Assembly: GCA_038087875.1 (NCBI GenBank) | Contig: CM075989.1 | Location: 2,108,001-2,172,000 of the forward strand | Length of the DNA: 64,000 bases | Direction: 5' to 3' | DNA from: Malacoraja senta | Taxonomy: Eukaryota | In this document: piece by piece, positions 26,023 to 38,154 of the stretch | Numbering within the stretch: position 1 is the stretch's first letter | Layout of the letters: each line of letters starts with the position of its first letter | Notes under the pieces: generated by a model | Databases searched by the model: none | Seen by the model: the letters and a program-made list of their open reading frames with translations, nothing else | Told to the model about the DNA's origin: nothing | Made by a program: the position numbers and the translations under genes

Positions 26023-26265
26023 TTGGTTTACTTTAGAGATTCAGCATGGAAACAGATTCCACAATGACCAGTGAATGCCCATACATTAGTTCTAACCTAC
26101 ACACTTGGGACAATTTACAGAAGCCAGTTAAACTTCAAATATGTACCCCTTTGAAAGGTGGGAGGAAATCGCAGCACCTTGAGAAAACCCATGTGGTCAC
26201 AGTGAGAACGTACAAACTCCATACATACAGCACCCGTGGTCAGGATTGAACCTGGGTCCCTGGCT
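26023..26265 (-). mobile_element. HE1/V-SINE (degenerate)
   Basis: gagaacgtacaaactccata...cagcacccgtggtcaggattgaacc. Confidence 0.75.
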
Positions 26266-26337
26266 CTACCCCTGACTTAAAGAGTCTTTTGAATTGTGGG
26301 AAGTGAGAGGGATGGGCATGGACAACATGCAGGTAGC

Positions 26338-27755
26338 AGGCTGGGGCTCTGGGCTGGACTCTGAGCTGGGACTGAGCTGGGACTGGGCTGGGACTCTGAG
26401 CTGGGCTCAGGCTGGGACTGAGCTGGGACTCAGGCTGGGACTCAGGCTGGGATTCTTGGATGTGACTCAGGCTGGGACTGGGCTGGGACATGCTGGGACA
26501 GGCTGGGACTCTGGGTTGGGACTCTGGGTTGGGACTGGGCTGGGACTGAGCTGGGCTCAGGCTGGGACTCAGGCTGGGATTCTTGGATGTGACTCAGGCT
26601 GGGACTCTGGCTGGGACATGCTGGGACAGGCTGGGACTCTGGGTTGGGACTCTGGGTTGGGACTGGGCTGGGACTGAGCTGGGACTCAGGCTGGGACTCT
26701 GGGCTGGGACAGGCCTGGACTCTGGGTTGGGACTCTGGGCTGGGCTCAGGCCTGGACTCTGGGCTGGGACTGGGTTGGGACTGAGCTGGGACTCTGGGCT
26801 GGGACTGAGCTGGGACTGAGCTGGGACTCTGGGTTGGGACTGAGCTGGGACTCTGGGCTGGGACTGGGCTGGGACTGAGCTGGGACTCTGGGCTGGGACT
26901 CTGGGTTGGGACTGAGCTGGGACTCTGGGTTGGGACTCTGGGCTGGGCTCAGGCTGGGACTCTGGGCTGGGACAGGCCTGGACTCTGGGTTGGGACTCTG
27001 GGCTGGGACTGAGCTGGGACTCTGGGCTGGGACTGGGCTGGGACTCTGGGCTGGGACTCTGGGTTGGGACTGAGCTGGGACTCAGGCTGGGAATCTGGGC
27101 TGGGACTGAGCTGGGACTCAGGCTGTGACTCTGGGCTGGGCTCAGGCTGGGACTCTGGGCTGGGACTCAGGCTGGGACTCTGGGCTGGGACTCAGGCTGG
27201 GACTCTGGGCTGGGACTGAGCTGGGACTCTGGGCTGGGACTGAGCTGGGACTGGGACTCTGGGCTGGGCTCAGGCTGGGACTCTGGGCTGGGCTCAGGCT
27301 GGGACTCTGGGCTGGGACTGGGCTGGGACTGAGCTGGGACTGAGCTGGGACTGAGCTGGGACTCTGGGCTGGGACTCTGGGCTGGGACTGAGCTGGGACT
27401 CTGGGCTGGGACTGAGCTGGGACTCTGGGCTGGGACTGAGCTGGGACTCTGGGCTGGGACTGGGCTGGGACTGAGCTGGGACTGAGCTGGGACTGAGCTG
27501 GGACTCTGGGCTGGGACTCTGGGCTGGGACTGAGCTGGGACTCTGGGCTGGGACTGAGCTGGGACTGAGCTGGGACTGAGCTGGGACTCTGGGCTGGGGC
27601 TCTGGGCTGGGGCTCTGGGCTGGGACTGAGCTGGGACTCAGGCTGTGACTCTGGGCTGGGACTGAGCTGGGACTCTGGGCTGGGACTCTGGGCTGGGACT
27701 CTGGGCTGGGACTGAGCTGGGACTGAGCTGGGACTGAGCTGGGACTGAGCTGGGA
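26338..27755 (+). repeat. G-rich minisatellite of 11-13 bp units (GGGACTGAGCT / GGGACTCTGGGCT / GGGACTCAGGCT)
   Basis: Directly visible; strong G-skew on the + strand. Confidence 0.97.
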
Positions 27756-28429
27756 GACTGCTCTTGTCAACCATCTAGAGCAGGAGTTTCAATTTATCTC
27801 TAATGAAAGAAAGAAATTGTCCAACCAGCAGCTATGGATATAGCAACGTACACAGAGTGCGTGCGTTATATGTGACCCTCCCCCTGCAGTGACTCTCTCT
27901 CAGCGTCATTCCAAGGTATCAGGTTGTCCATGGCAATATCACTGAAAACGTAGGAGTCAAGTATTGTAATGCAGTGAGTAATTCTAGCTTCCTGCATGGC
28001 CCAGCCATACAGGTACAAGCCCTGACTCTCTGCTAACAGTCACGTAATGTGCACATTGCCTCCATTAAATAGATATGTGGTTACTGAGGCAATTGACTGT
28101 AATCGAGTGCATCTGTGTACCTCCAGCTCTGGGCTCACTGTAAAGGTGGTGGGAGAACACATTTATGAATTGAAAGCTGCAGATGCTGGAACTCTGGAAA
28201 CAGAAAATGCTGGAATACTGAAGCCAACGCAAAGGGGCTGGAGGAACTCAACGGGTCAGGCAGTAGCTGCGGACGGAACTTGGTCAGATGATGTTTTGGG
28301 TTGAGACCCTTCTTCAGAGTGATGGAGTGGTGGGGAGAAAGCTGTGAAAGAGAAGTGAGGGGAAGGGATTGAGCTAGATTTGCAAGTGACGGGTGGACTC
28401 AAGTGAGGAGGGTTGCTGGCCATTTTGAT

Positions 28430-28550
28430 TTTTCTTCCCAGTTCCCTACTGAACTCCAGTCCTGGGCCTCCTCCATTGCCAGAGTGACACCACATGCAAA
28501 CTAGAAGAACAGCACCTCATATTCCACTTGGACAACCAACAACCCACCAG
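28430..28550 (+). mobile_element. Penelope GIY-YIG C-terminal remnant
   Basis: gtcctgggcctcctccattgccagagtgac...aaactagaagaacagcacctcatattc (VLGLLHCQSD..KLEEQHLIF). Confidence 0.75.
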
Positions 28551-28552
28551 TG

Positions 28553-28832
28553 GTTTAGTTTCGAGATACAGCACGGACACAGGCCATTCTGTGCTAATCA
28601 GCGATCCCCATACACGAGCTCTATCCTACACACAAGGAGCAATTTCCCAAAGCCAATCAACCTACAAACCTGCACGTCTTTGGGATGTGGGAGGAAACCA
28701 GAGCTCCCGGGGAAAACCCACGCAGGTCACGGAGAGAAGGTACAAACTCTGCACAGACACCACCCGTAGTCAGGATTCAACCCGGGTCTCTTGTGCTATA
28801 AGGCAGCAACTCTACATCTCTGCCACTGGGCC
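28553..28832 (-). mobile_element. HE1/V-SINE
   Basis: Reverse-complement copy. Confidence 0.85.
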
Positions 28833-29089
28833 GACCTGATGAACAATTAATTCTTCAATTTGAGGTATACTGTCCCTCCTCCTCACCTACCCAGCTGCCC
28901 CCGCCCCACCGACACACCTCTCTTTCCATTTCCTCCATTCCGTCACCACCCAGATCATTTCCTCTCCTCCACACATCTTCTAACCCCTTCCACAACTGCA
29001 CGCTTATCCATGGTGCCAATCCACCCAAGTGCCCATCACCCCTCCTCACCTGCACCAACATCACTTGCCATCACTACCGCTGTGCCACC

Positions 29090-29416
29090 GCAGCATGGTG
29101 GCACAGCGGTAGAGTTGCTGCCTTACAGCAAATGCAGCGCCGGAGACCCGGGTTCGATCCCGACTTCGGGTGCTGCCTGTACAGAGTTTGTACGTTCTCC
29201 CCGTGACCTGCGTGGATTTTCTCCATGATCTTCGGTTTCCTCCGACACTCCAAAGACGTCCAGGTATGTAGGTAAATCGGCTTAGTAAATGTAAAAATTG
29301 TCCCTAGTGTAGTGTAGGACAATGTTAATGTGCAGGGATTGCTGGCCGGCGCAGACCCAGTGGGCCGAAGGGCCTGTTTCCGCACTGTATCTCTAAACTA
29401 AAGTAAACTAAACAAA
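29090..29416 (+). mobile_element. HE1/V-SINE
   Basis: A-box region ggtggcacagcggtagag, B-box ggttcgatcc, V-domain and tail. Confidence 0.9.
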
Positions 29417-29613
29417 CTTGCCTATTTTGTCTCCTCATTTCTCTCTCCCAGCTTTCTCCCCTCAACTCTATCAGTTTGAAGGAGGGAATGGGTGAAGTTT
29501 GGGGTCAAGACCCTTCTTCAGACTGAGAGTCAGGGGAGAGGGAAACGAGAGATATGGAAGGGTAAGGTTCACACCTACTTCCATATCTCTGTGTCTCCTG
29601 TTTTTCTGACTGT

Positions 29614-29648
29614 CAGTCTGAAGAAGGGTCTTGACCCGAAACGTCACC
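29614..29648 (+). ncRNA. Minimal type I hammerhead ribozyme motif within a Penelope pLTR
   Basis: CUGAAGA-a-GGGU(CUUG)ACCC-GAAA-CG-UC. Confidence 0.6.
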
Positions 29649-30057
29649 CATTCCTTCTATCCAGAGATGCTGCCTGTCCCGCTGAGTTACTCCAGCATTT
29701 TGTGTCTATCTTTGGTGTAAGCCAGCATCTGCGGTTCCTTCCTACACAGTTGGAAGGAACATCCTGACCCGAAACATCATCTGTTAATTTCCCTCCACAG
29801 ACGCTGCCTGCCCCGCTGAGTTTATCCAGTGCTTGGTGTTCTCGCAGTGTCATATCTCCAATGGTGGAATCCTCAACAGATCAGGCAGCGTTTGTGGAAA
29901 GGGAAACAGTCAACAATTCAGGAAAAAGCCCTTTGTCAGGATTATAATGATGTTAAGTAATAAAAGATAGATCAAAGAAATTTCAAAATGGAGAATCATA
30001 TTTTTCTTCAAATCTTCAAATCAAATCTTCAAATCAAATCTTCAAATCAAAGCAAAA

Positions 30058-30495
30058 GCAGAGGGTTGTAGACGCAGCCCGGACCATCACACAAAACAAG
30101 CTCCATTGACTCTATTTATACCTCACGCTGCCTCGGCAAGGCCTCTCCCTCTTCACTCCTCTCCCATCAACCAAGAGGTGTAGGAGTGAAAATGCCCAGC
30201 TCCAGACTCAGGAACAGTTTCTTCCCAGCTGTTATCAGGCAACTATCACCAACTGGAGAACGGTCCTGAGCTACTATCTACCTCATTGGCGATCCTCGGA
30301 CTATCTTTAATTGGACTTTACTGGACTTTATCTTGCACTAAACAGTATTCCCTGTATCATGTATCTGTACACTGTGAATGACTCGATTGTAATCATGAAT
30401 AGTCTTTCCGCTGACTGATTTCCGCTGGCTGACACGACAACGATTTTTACTGTACCTTAGTACATGTGATGATAAATAAACTGAATTAAACTAAT
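30058..30495 (+). mobile_element. Rex1/Babar 3' end
   Basis: gcagagggttgtagacgcagcccggaccatcacac...tttactgtaccttagtacatgtgatgataaa. Confidence 0.85.
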
Positions 30496-31192
30496 AAAAC
30501 AGAAATGTCAGTGGGTCAGGCAGCCTCAGTGGAATTCTGTTGACAACATTAAATTTCTGTCTCTGAAGGACTGACCTGTTGATACTTCCAGGAGAGGTCT
30601 CATTTGGCATGGTGAGTTCTATGAAGTAACTAAAGAGGCACCAAAAAAAAATCTAATCACTCCACCTTGCCCATGATAGTGCTGAAGCTTCTCATAATCA
30701 TCCTATCTTATTTCATCATCATTCTGTTTATTTCCCCCGAATGTCGATTCAGCTTTTCCTTCATTGCATCCATGTAACAACTCAATAATATCACTGGTCC
30801 CATTGGGTCACTCTTAATGGCAAGAGATTGTTGGCAAACGCAGTCTCCATTGAGCCATCATGCTGCACAATGATTCTTAACAGGACGCTGAGCATTAAAT
30901 GGTCTCTCTGTGTTGGCCGCGGGCACTGACGTACAGTTAAACATGTCCCACCGAACAATTACTGTGAGATCCTGCAGGAAAACCTTACTTAGCGAGTGAA
31001 GTGATGATACTGTGACTTGTACATTGTTATGCTGAATTTCCGCTGCATTTTGGAATCTGTACACTGTGGGTGGTCCAATTGCAAATGTATTGTTTTTCTG
31101 CTGACTGGTTAGCATGCAACAAAAGTTTTTCACTGTACCTCGGTGCACGTGACAATAAACTAAACAAAACTAAACTAATGAGCTTGCAATTG

Positions 31193-31540
31193 GCAGAGTG
31201 GATGTGGAGAGGATGTTTCCACTCGCGGGAGAGTCAAGGACCAGAGGCCATAACCTCAGAATTAAAGAACGTTCCTTTAGGAAGGAGATGAGGAGGAATT
31301 TCTTTAGCCAGAAGGTGGTGAATATGTCGCATTCATTGCCGCAGATGTTGTGGAGGCCAAGTCATTGGATGCTTTTGAGGCGGAGATTGATAGATTCTTG
31401 ATTAGTACCGGTGTCAGCGGTTATGGGGAGAAAGCAGGTGAATGGGGTTGAGAGGGAGGCTAGCTCAGCCGTTATTGAATGGCAGAGTAGACTTGATGGG
31501 CCGAATGGCCAAATTCTGTTCCTACACTTATGAACCTATG
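31193..31540 (+). mobile_element. CR1 3' fragment
   Basis: DVERMFPLAGESRTRGHNLRIK..FRKEMRRNFFSQ. Confidence 0.88.
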
Positions 31541-31867
31541 AAGAGTGCTAGAAGACAGCTGATATTCCTGATGGCCTTTTATGGATGATGATTTATTCTC
31601 CAGTTATGAGGGAAAAGTTTGTTGTCTTCACCTCCTCTGCTGTTCACTCCATGTGTTTTCTCTGTTCCTCAGTTTCCAACTCCTGATGTACCAGCACAGG
31701 CTGACTTCACTGACTACAGCCCATGTCCCTTCGTAGAGTTCCTCTTGGTTAGGGTTACAGCTGCTTTAAGCTCCCTGTTCTATAGCTGGCTTTCACAACA
31801 GAAGGTAGTTATGCTGCCCATTTACCTTTGGTTTCTTCCTCTTACGGCACTTGTTCTAGGAGCAGAA

Positions 31868-32436
31868 GTGGTGGCTTGTGGCACAGTGGTTGAGTTGCTG
31901 CTTTACAGCGGCAGGGAGACCCAGGTTCGATCCTGACTACGGGTGCTGTCAGTACAGAGTTTGTACGCTCTCCCCGTGACCACGTGGGTTTTCCCCGGGT
32001 GCTCCGGTTCCCCCCACACTCCAAAGACGTATAGGTTTGTAGGTTAATTAGCTTCTGTAAATAGTCCCTAGTCTGTAGAACTAATGTATGGGTGATTGCT
32101 GGGCGGTGAGGTGGACATGGTGGGCCGAAGTGTCTGTGTCCACGCTGTATCTCTATACTAAAGTCCCCCATATAGCATTGTTCTACAAACTGTCAGGTCT
32201 GTGTGGAGTTTGCATGTTCTCCCTGTGACCACGTGGGTTTCCTACTGGTGCTCCGGTTTCCTCCTAAATCCTAAAGACGTGTGGATTTGTAGGTTAATTG
32301 GCCTCTTGTGTGTAAGGAGTGAATGAGAAAATGGGAAAAGTTAGAACTAGTGTGAACGGGTGATTGATGGTCAGCATGGACTCAGTGGGCCGAAGGGGCA
32401 GTTTCCTTACTATATTTCTAAACTAAAACTAAACTA
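31868..32436 (+). mobile_element. Two tandem HE1/V-SINE copies
   Basis: Copies at 31868-32162 and 32198-32436. Confidence 0.85.
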
Positions 32437-32689
32437 GACTATCAGGTCCTAGCTTAACAATACTACCCCATTTTAGAACTCAGCAGGTCAGGCAACATCT
32501 ATGGAAAGAAAATGAGCTAATGTTACAAGTCTGCGGCCCTTCCTCAGACGTGAGAGAGAGAGAAACCAGTTTGTCTGGGTAGTGGAGAAATCTAGGCATT
32601 TGTGAAGGAAAGGGAATTGTAAGGTGTAATAATGAAGCCATTAAGGGGCACCATGCCACTTGGTCTATGTGACATGTTGCTAATATTAT

Positions 32690-33097
32690 ATTATTCATCA
32701 TCGTTGAAACCATTAGCGACGCAGTGGTGCCGGTTTCCGACGGGAACGGTGACGGACGCACCACACATCTCTGTCCTCCAGTTCCTGCGGACTTCCTCCG
32801 CTGGAAGTACAGGATGTTGGTGTGTGTGTTTTATCATCATTCCTTACAATGCCGTGTACGACAGTGATCGCAACTTCTACTGGTGTAGATGACTGTTGGC
32901 TCGCTAGAAGCTCATCTGCCCTTTGACAGGTCTTGTTTTTGGTCCTGCTGGGGGTCCACAGCCCCCTCCTCACCTGGCAAACCAGGTGGGGGAGACGGTT
33001 TAGTCGCCGACTATCCGACCATGGAGCAGGTAGCACGGGATTACATGGTACCCTTGGCGAGGGGAACTCCTCCCGACCCGACCTGACCTGACCTCGA
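32690..33097 (-). mobile_element. Short non-autonomous element, probably RTE-clade derived (5'UTR + 3' end)
   Basis: Minus strand has a (GGTCA/GGTCG)n start, a structured GC-rich body, an ELEDRDVW-like terminus and a (GAT)n tail. Confidence 0.45.
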
Positions 33098-35034
33098 TTA
33101 TTAGAGTCATTCAGCAGGTCAGGCAGCATCTGAGAAGCCTTGTCAGACTTACTGCGACATGCCCAGCAGACCAGAATCTACAAATCAAAGAACAAGAGAG
33201 GGATAGCAGGCAAAATAGCTGTCCCGATGCAACCAGGAAGAAAGGAATTATCAAAAGGTACAAACTCTGTGCAGAAAGCTCCCGTGTTCAGGATCGAACC
33301 AGGGTCTCTAGAGCTGTAAGGCAGCAACTCTACCGCTGCAACACCATGCCTCCCTTTTCTCCACTGATGTCACTGAACTGAATGAATTTTCCAACATTTA
33401 AATTTTAGTTTTCTGACATCTTGCATTTGTAATCATTGATCACTGCTTTTCCTTGGTCTGACCTTAACAGCTTTAAGTAAGCAGTGTATTCAGCCTTCCG
33501 CCACTCTTTGTTTCAAGAAGTGCTTCCTGAATGGTATGGCTGTATCATTAAGGAAGCACCACCCTATTCTGGACAACCCCAATAGAGATGGCATTATTCT
33601 CTCATTCCTTCTTTTTGTTTCCTTCAATCATCTTAAATTAGGTGTAGCACCGAACTGCAACTAAAGGAGTTATAGAATATGTCCTTGACGCTTCCTAGGG
33701 GAGCTTTCAGCCATAAAAGCCATGTGCATGCGGATGGTGTGGAGGATGGAACACTGATTTACACTGAAGATGGACACAAAATGTTGGAGTAACTCAGCAG
33801 GACAGGCAGCATCTCTGGGGAGAAGGAATGGGTGATGTTTCGGGTTGAGACTGATCTTCAGACTTAATCCTCTAGGTTTGTAGCAATACTGGAAGATCTA
33901 TGATTACAATCTTTATTTTCACGTCCTGTTCTCTGCTGCCACTGGCTTTGGAGAGAGAGAATTCATCACTCTCATTCCCTGAACTCCCATGTTGCCTCTG
34001 ATGACTCGGAAGATATCCCCGGTCATTTTCCCACTGTTTGTCCTGCACATTTTCTCTGCTTCTCTTTCCTTAACCCCTGAATGGCCTGCACATTTTGCTT
34101 GTTTTATTAACTGCATCTACATTCAAGACAGACACGAGATGCTGGCGTTACTCAGTGGGACAGGCAGCATCTCTGGAGAGAAGGAATGGGTGACGAATGG
34201 GTTTCAGGTCGAGTTCCTTCTTCAGAGTTGGAAGAAGAGTTTCGACCCGAAAATGTCTGAGGAAGGGTCTCGACCCGAAACGTCTCCCATTCCTTCTCTC
34301 CAGAGATGCTGCCTGACCCGCTGAGTTCTCCAACATTTTGTGTCCTCCTTCAGTGTAAACCAATGTTCCATCCTCCACATCATCCGCATGCACATGGCTT
34401 TTATGACTAGGAAGCCTCAAGGACTTATATTCTATAAACACCTGTACATGGACAGATTATTCTTGTGTTGCGTAATGCGTTCCAGTCTGGGACCAGAGAG
34501 TTAAGATGTAGTGCAGCCATGATCTATACACAAAAACAGACACAAAATGCTGGAGCAACTCAGAGGGTCAGGCAGCATCGCTGGAAAACATGGAGATTAT
34601 AAATTGTCCCTTGTGTGTGTAGGGTAGTGTTAAAATGCAGAGATAGCTGTTAGGCACCAACTCAATGGGTCAAAGCGTTGTATCTCTAAACTAAACTAAA
34701 CTGAGTCTTATTTGTCTACGTATAAATCGTATCCCTCCATTCCTGTATTTCCATGTGCTTATCCAAAAGTTTCTTAAATGCCATGAACATATCTGCCTCC
34801 ACCACCATCCCCGGCAGTGGGTTCCAGGCAATCACCACCCTCTGTGTAAATAACCTGCCCCACACATCACCTTTAAGCTTCGACCCTCTCCCCTTAATGC
34901 TATGCCTTGTATTTCCTGGGAGATAGATTCTGACTGTCTACACTATATATATCCTATCTTCTGCACCATGGCTCTATGATTCTGTAAATTAATGTTATAA
35001 ATTGGCACATATAATAATGAAACCACTTCATTAA

Positions 35035-35341
35035 GCGGCACAGTGGCGCAGCGGTAGAATTGCTGCCTTACAGCACCAGGGACCCAGCTTAGATCCTGAC
35101 TACGGGTGCTGTCTGTACGGAGTTTATTCGTTCTTCTCGTGACCTGTGTGGGGTTTTCCGAGATCTTCATCTCATCCCACATGCCAAAGACGTGCAGGTT
35201 TGTAGGTTAATTGGCTTGGTAAATGTAACAATTGTCCCTAGTGTGTGTGGGATAGTGTTAATGTACGGGGATTGCTGGTCGGCACGGACCCGGTGGGCCG
35301 AAGGGTTTGTTTCCGCACTGTATCTCTAAACCAAACTAAAC
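35035..35341 (+). mobile_element. HE1/V-SINE
   Basis: Full copy. Confidence 0.9.
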
Positions 35342-36454
35342 CCATATCACTTGAATCCCAGGTACCCCCCCCCCTAACCTGGGACATCTACAAATAGTGC
35401 CTGAAGTCCTCTAAAGATGCTCAAGGTGACCTGGCTTCATCCACCTTTGCTTCTCCTGCTGGATGACGCAAAACCCGCTTTACGATGGGTCGTTAGTTAC
35501 AGAAATGGATTAACAATTGATAAGGCACGTCTTCCATTTTCTAACCTAGTTTAAGACAAAGCGGCAGCTCAGAAGCCTACATGACAAAAGTCTTAAACTC
35601 TCCGGGGCCACTTTGGCAGCAACTAAATATAGATCCGAACTAATTAGGTGCTTCCATTGGGAAAACTGTCAGAGCATGACTTCCCGAGGCAGTCACCCTT
35701 AGTTCCCCAAATCAGCTCCCTTCATCCCTCATTTCTTTTTGATGGGTTGCCCAGTAACCACAGATGACATCGTACTTGAATGCAACTTTCTTAATGCTTC
35801 TTAAAATTAAACATTTTGGGAGTAGCTCGTGACGGTAATAGACAAAGACATTCTCCTCACTGGAAATTAAAGGCACCGATGGCATTAGATTGGATCAAGT
35901 CCCTTCATGGGAAAAGGCAAATGGAGACATCTGACCAGATGTCACAACTGTTTGTTCACTTAATCACTGAGCAATTTTTTCGAAAGATCACACTTTGTAT
36001 AATGTGATTGTCAATAGGGATTTTAACATCCTTCATTAATCCCCAAGGTGCAGCTGTCAGAGCTGTTCACCGTATCATCCTCCTCATCAACACCTCTACT
36101 GCTCCGAGATGCCTGTCCTCACTGTTCTAATCACCACTTTACTCTCCACTCAATCGTGTTACATTAGCGCAGTGGTTACGGAGTCCGTGACGAATAAACC
36201 AGGTGCCCACAGGTGCCACCTCCAGGACTCAAGTTCATGGGCAGACCTGTGATATCTCATTATCCTTTATTGTATGGAATCGTCAAACAGACAAGTGGCT
36301 AATGATCGGTTAATGCCCAATCATTAGCCATTTCCATAGCTTCTCTCCACGCTCTCTCTAAGTGCATAGAGAGAAAAGAAAAGTAAAAATATATTTTTTT
36401 CCTCCACATATTCACAACGTCAGAGTGCATGAAAAGGCTCATGTTTCAGGTTCT

Positions 36455-36665
36455 CAGTTTAGTTTATTGTCACATGTACCGAGATACAGTGAAAAGCTTT
36501 TGTTGCGTCTAACCAGTCAGCAGAAAGACAATACATGATTACAATTGAGCCATTTACAGTGTACAGATACATGATAAGGGAATAACGTTTAGTACAAGGT
36601 AGAGTCCGATCAAGGTTAGTCCAAGGGTCACCAATGAGGTTGATGTTAGTTCAGGACTGCTCTCT
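36455..36665 (-). mobile_element. Rex1 3' UTR fragment
   Basis: tttattgtcacatgtaccgagatacagtgaaaag. Confidence 0.8.
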
Positions 36666-36734
36666 GCCAACAATTCAAATTATTTCCCGATCTCAAGGAA
36701 GTGGCATGCCATTCAGCCATTTCCAAACTGTACC

Positions 36735-37480
36735 TATCAGGAGAGATTGGATACACTGGGTTTATTCTCACTGGAATACAGGAAGCTTGATGAGAAAGTT
36801 ATAGAGGTTTATCAAATGATAAGGAGCACATGGATTGTAGGTAGTTAGAGTGTTTCTCCAACAGTGGTGGAGTCTAAAACTCAAGGGCAGAGGTTGAAGA
36901 TGAGAGGAGGGAAATGTAGACTTTAGATTGCATCCCTTTAATCCTTTCAATCCAAGTAGCTGTGCAAATATCTTTTTGTTGTAACTGTACCTGCCTGCAC
37001 AAATTCCTCTGGCAGATCTAACCACAATCTTCTGTGTGGAAAACCTGCCCCTCCGATCTCCTTTATATTTGCCCCCTCTCACTTTAAACCTCTGCCCTCA
37101 AGTTTTAGACACCAGGGAGAAACACTCTAGCGTTCTACACTCCCTGCGCCCCTTATGATTTTATAAACTTCTATAACTTTCTCATCAGCTTACTACATTC
37201 CAGTGAGAATAAACCCATATCCAATTTCTCCTGGATAAGTCATGGCCTCTGTTCTAGCCAATATCCCAGTGAATCTCTTCTGCACTCTCTCTAATTCTGC
37301 CATATACTTCCTGGTGGCCAGAACAGTTCACAATACTCCAAGTGTGGCCTGACCGATATTTTGTGCAGTTCACCTCTTAAATTCCATACCTCAGTGAATG
37401 AAGGAATGCAGATCAAATTTATCCTTCACTACTGTATCCACCTGTGTCACTATTTTCAGGGAGATATGAATTTACTAAAT
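36735..37480. mobile_element. Old CR1 fragments arranged as an inverted repeat
   Basis: 36735-36915 (+) mirrors about 37070-37238 (-). Confidence 0.75.
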
Positions 37481-37661
37481 ATGTCCTGTTAGTATTTGAT
37501 GCCCAAAAATGGCTCATACATGTCTGGGTAAAATTCCATCTACCACTGCTCTGGCCAGCTTTCTAACTGATCTGTGCCCTTTTATATCAATGAGAGCAGT
37601 GCAACACAAAACTTGTCCTTCATCCCCCAATGTTTGTGCCAAACATTATGTCAAGACCAAA

Positions 37662-38154
37662 CACTTTAACTCCCCCTCCCATTCCCACACTGACCTTTCC
37701 GTCCTGGGCCTCCTCCATTGTCAGAGTGAGGCCCAGTGCAAATTGGAGGAGCAGCACTTCATATTTTGCTTGGGTAGCTTACACCCCAGCGGTATGAACA
37801 TTGTCCTCTAACTTCAGGTAGTCATTGCTTTCCCTCTCTCTCCATCCCCTCCCCCTTCCCAGTTCTCCGACAAGTCTTACTGTCTCCGACTACATTTTAT
37901 CTCTGTTCGCTTTGTTCTTACCTTCTCCCAACTAACAATGATCTATTCTACATTTTCCGTGATCTTCATTCCCGTTGTCCTGCTTTCACATCTTGCACTT
38001 CCTTATCTATCCTTATCTATCCACTTCCTTGTCTATGTACCTCCCACTCCCCTGACTCTCAGTCTGAAGAAGGGTCTCGAACGGAAACGTCACCCATTCT
38101 TTCTCTCCGGAGATGCTGCCTGTCCCACTGAGTTACTCCAGCTTTCTGTGTCTT
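37662..38154 (+). mobile_element. 5'-truncated Penelope element (GIY-YIG C-terminus, 3' UTR, pLTR with hammerhead core) with a 13-bp TSD
   Basis: HFNSPSHSHTDLSVLGLLHCQSEAQCKLEEQHFIFCLGSLHPSGMNI; TGTCAAGACCAAA at 37649-37661 and 38155-38167. Confidence 0.88.

Noticed and set aside
26338..27755. CRISPR array or genuine Ig locus
   Set aside because: No unique spacers, and the context is a vertebrate genome. I found no Ig V/C exons or heptamer-nonamer RSS pairs.
26240..27774. PAQS-repeat and WAGT-repeat ORFs up to 210 aa
   Set aside because: Open in several frames on both strands because the repeat units lack stop codons; no splice or domain support.
29090..29170. tRNA gene
   Set aside because: The A/B boxes belong to the SINE head and run straight into the V-domain; there is no complete cloverleaf or terminator.
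30995..31040. C/D-box snoRNA (gtgatga...ctga)
   Set aside because: The boxes are too close together, with no terminal stem or evident guide.
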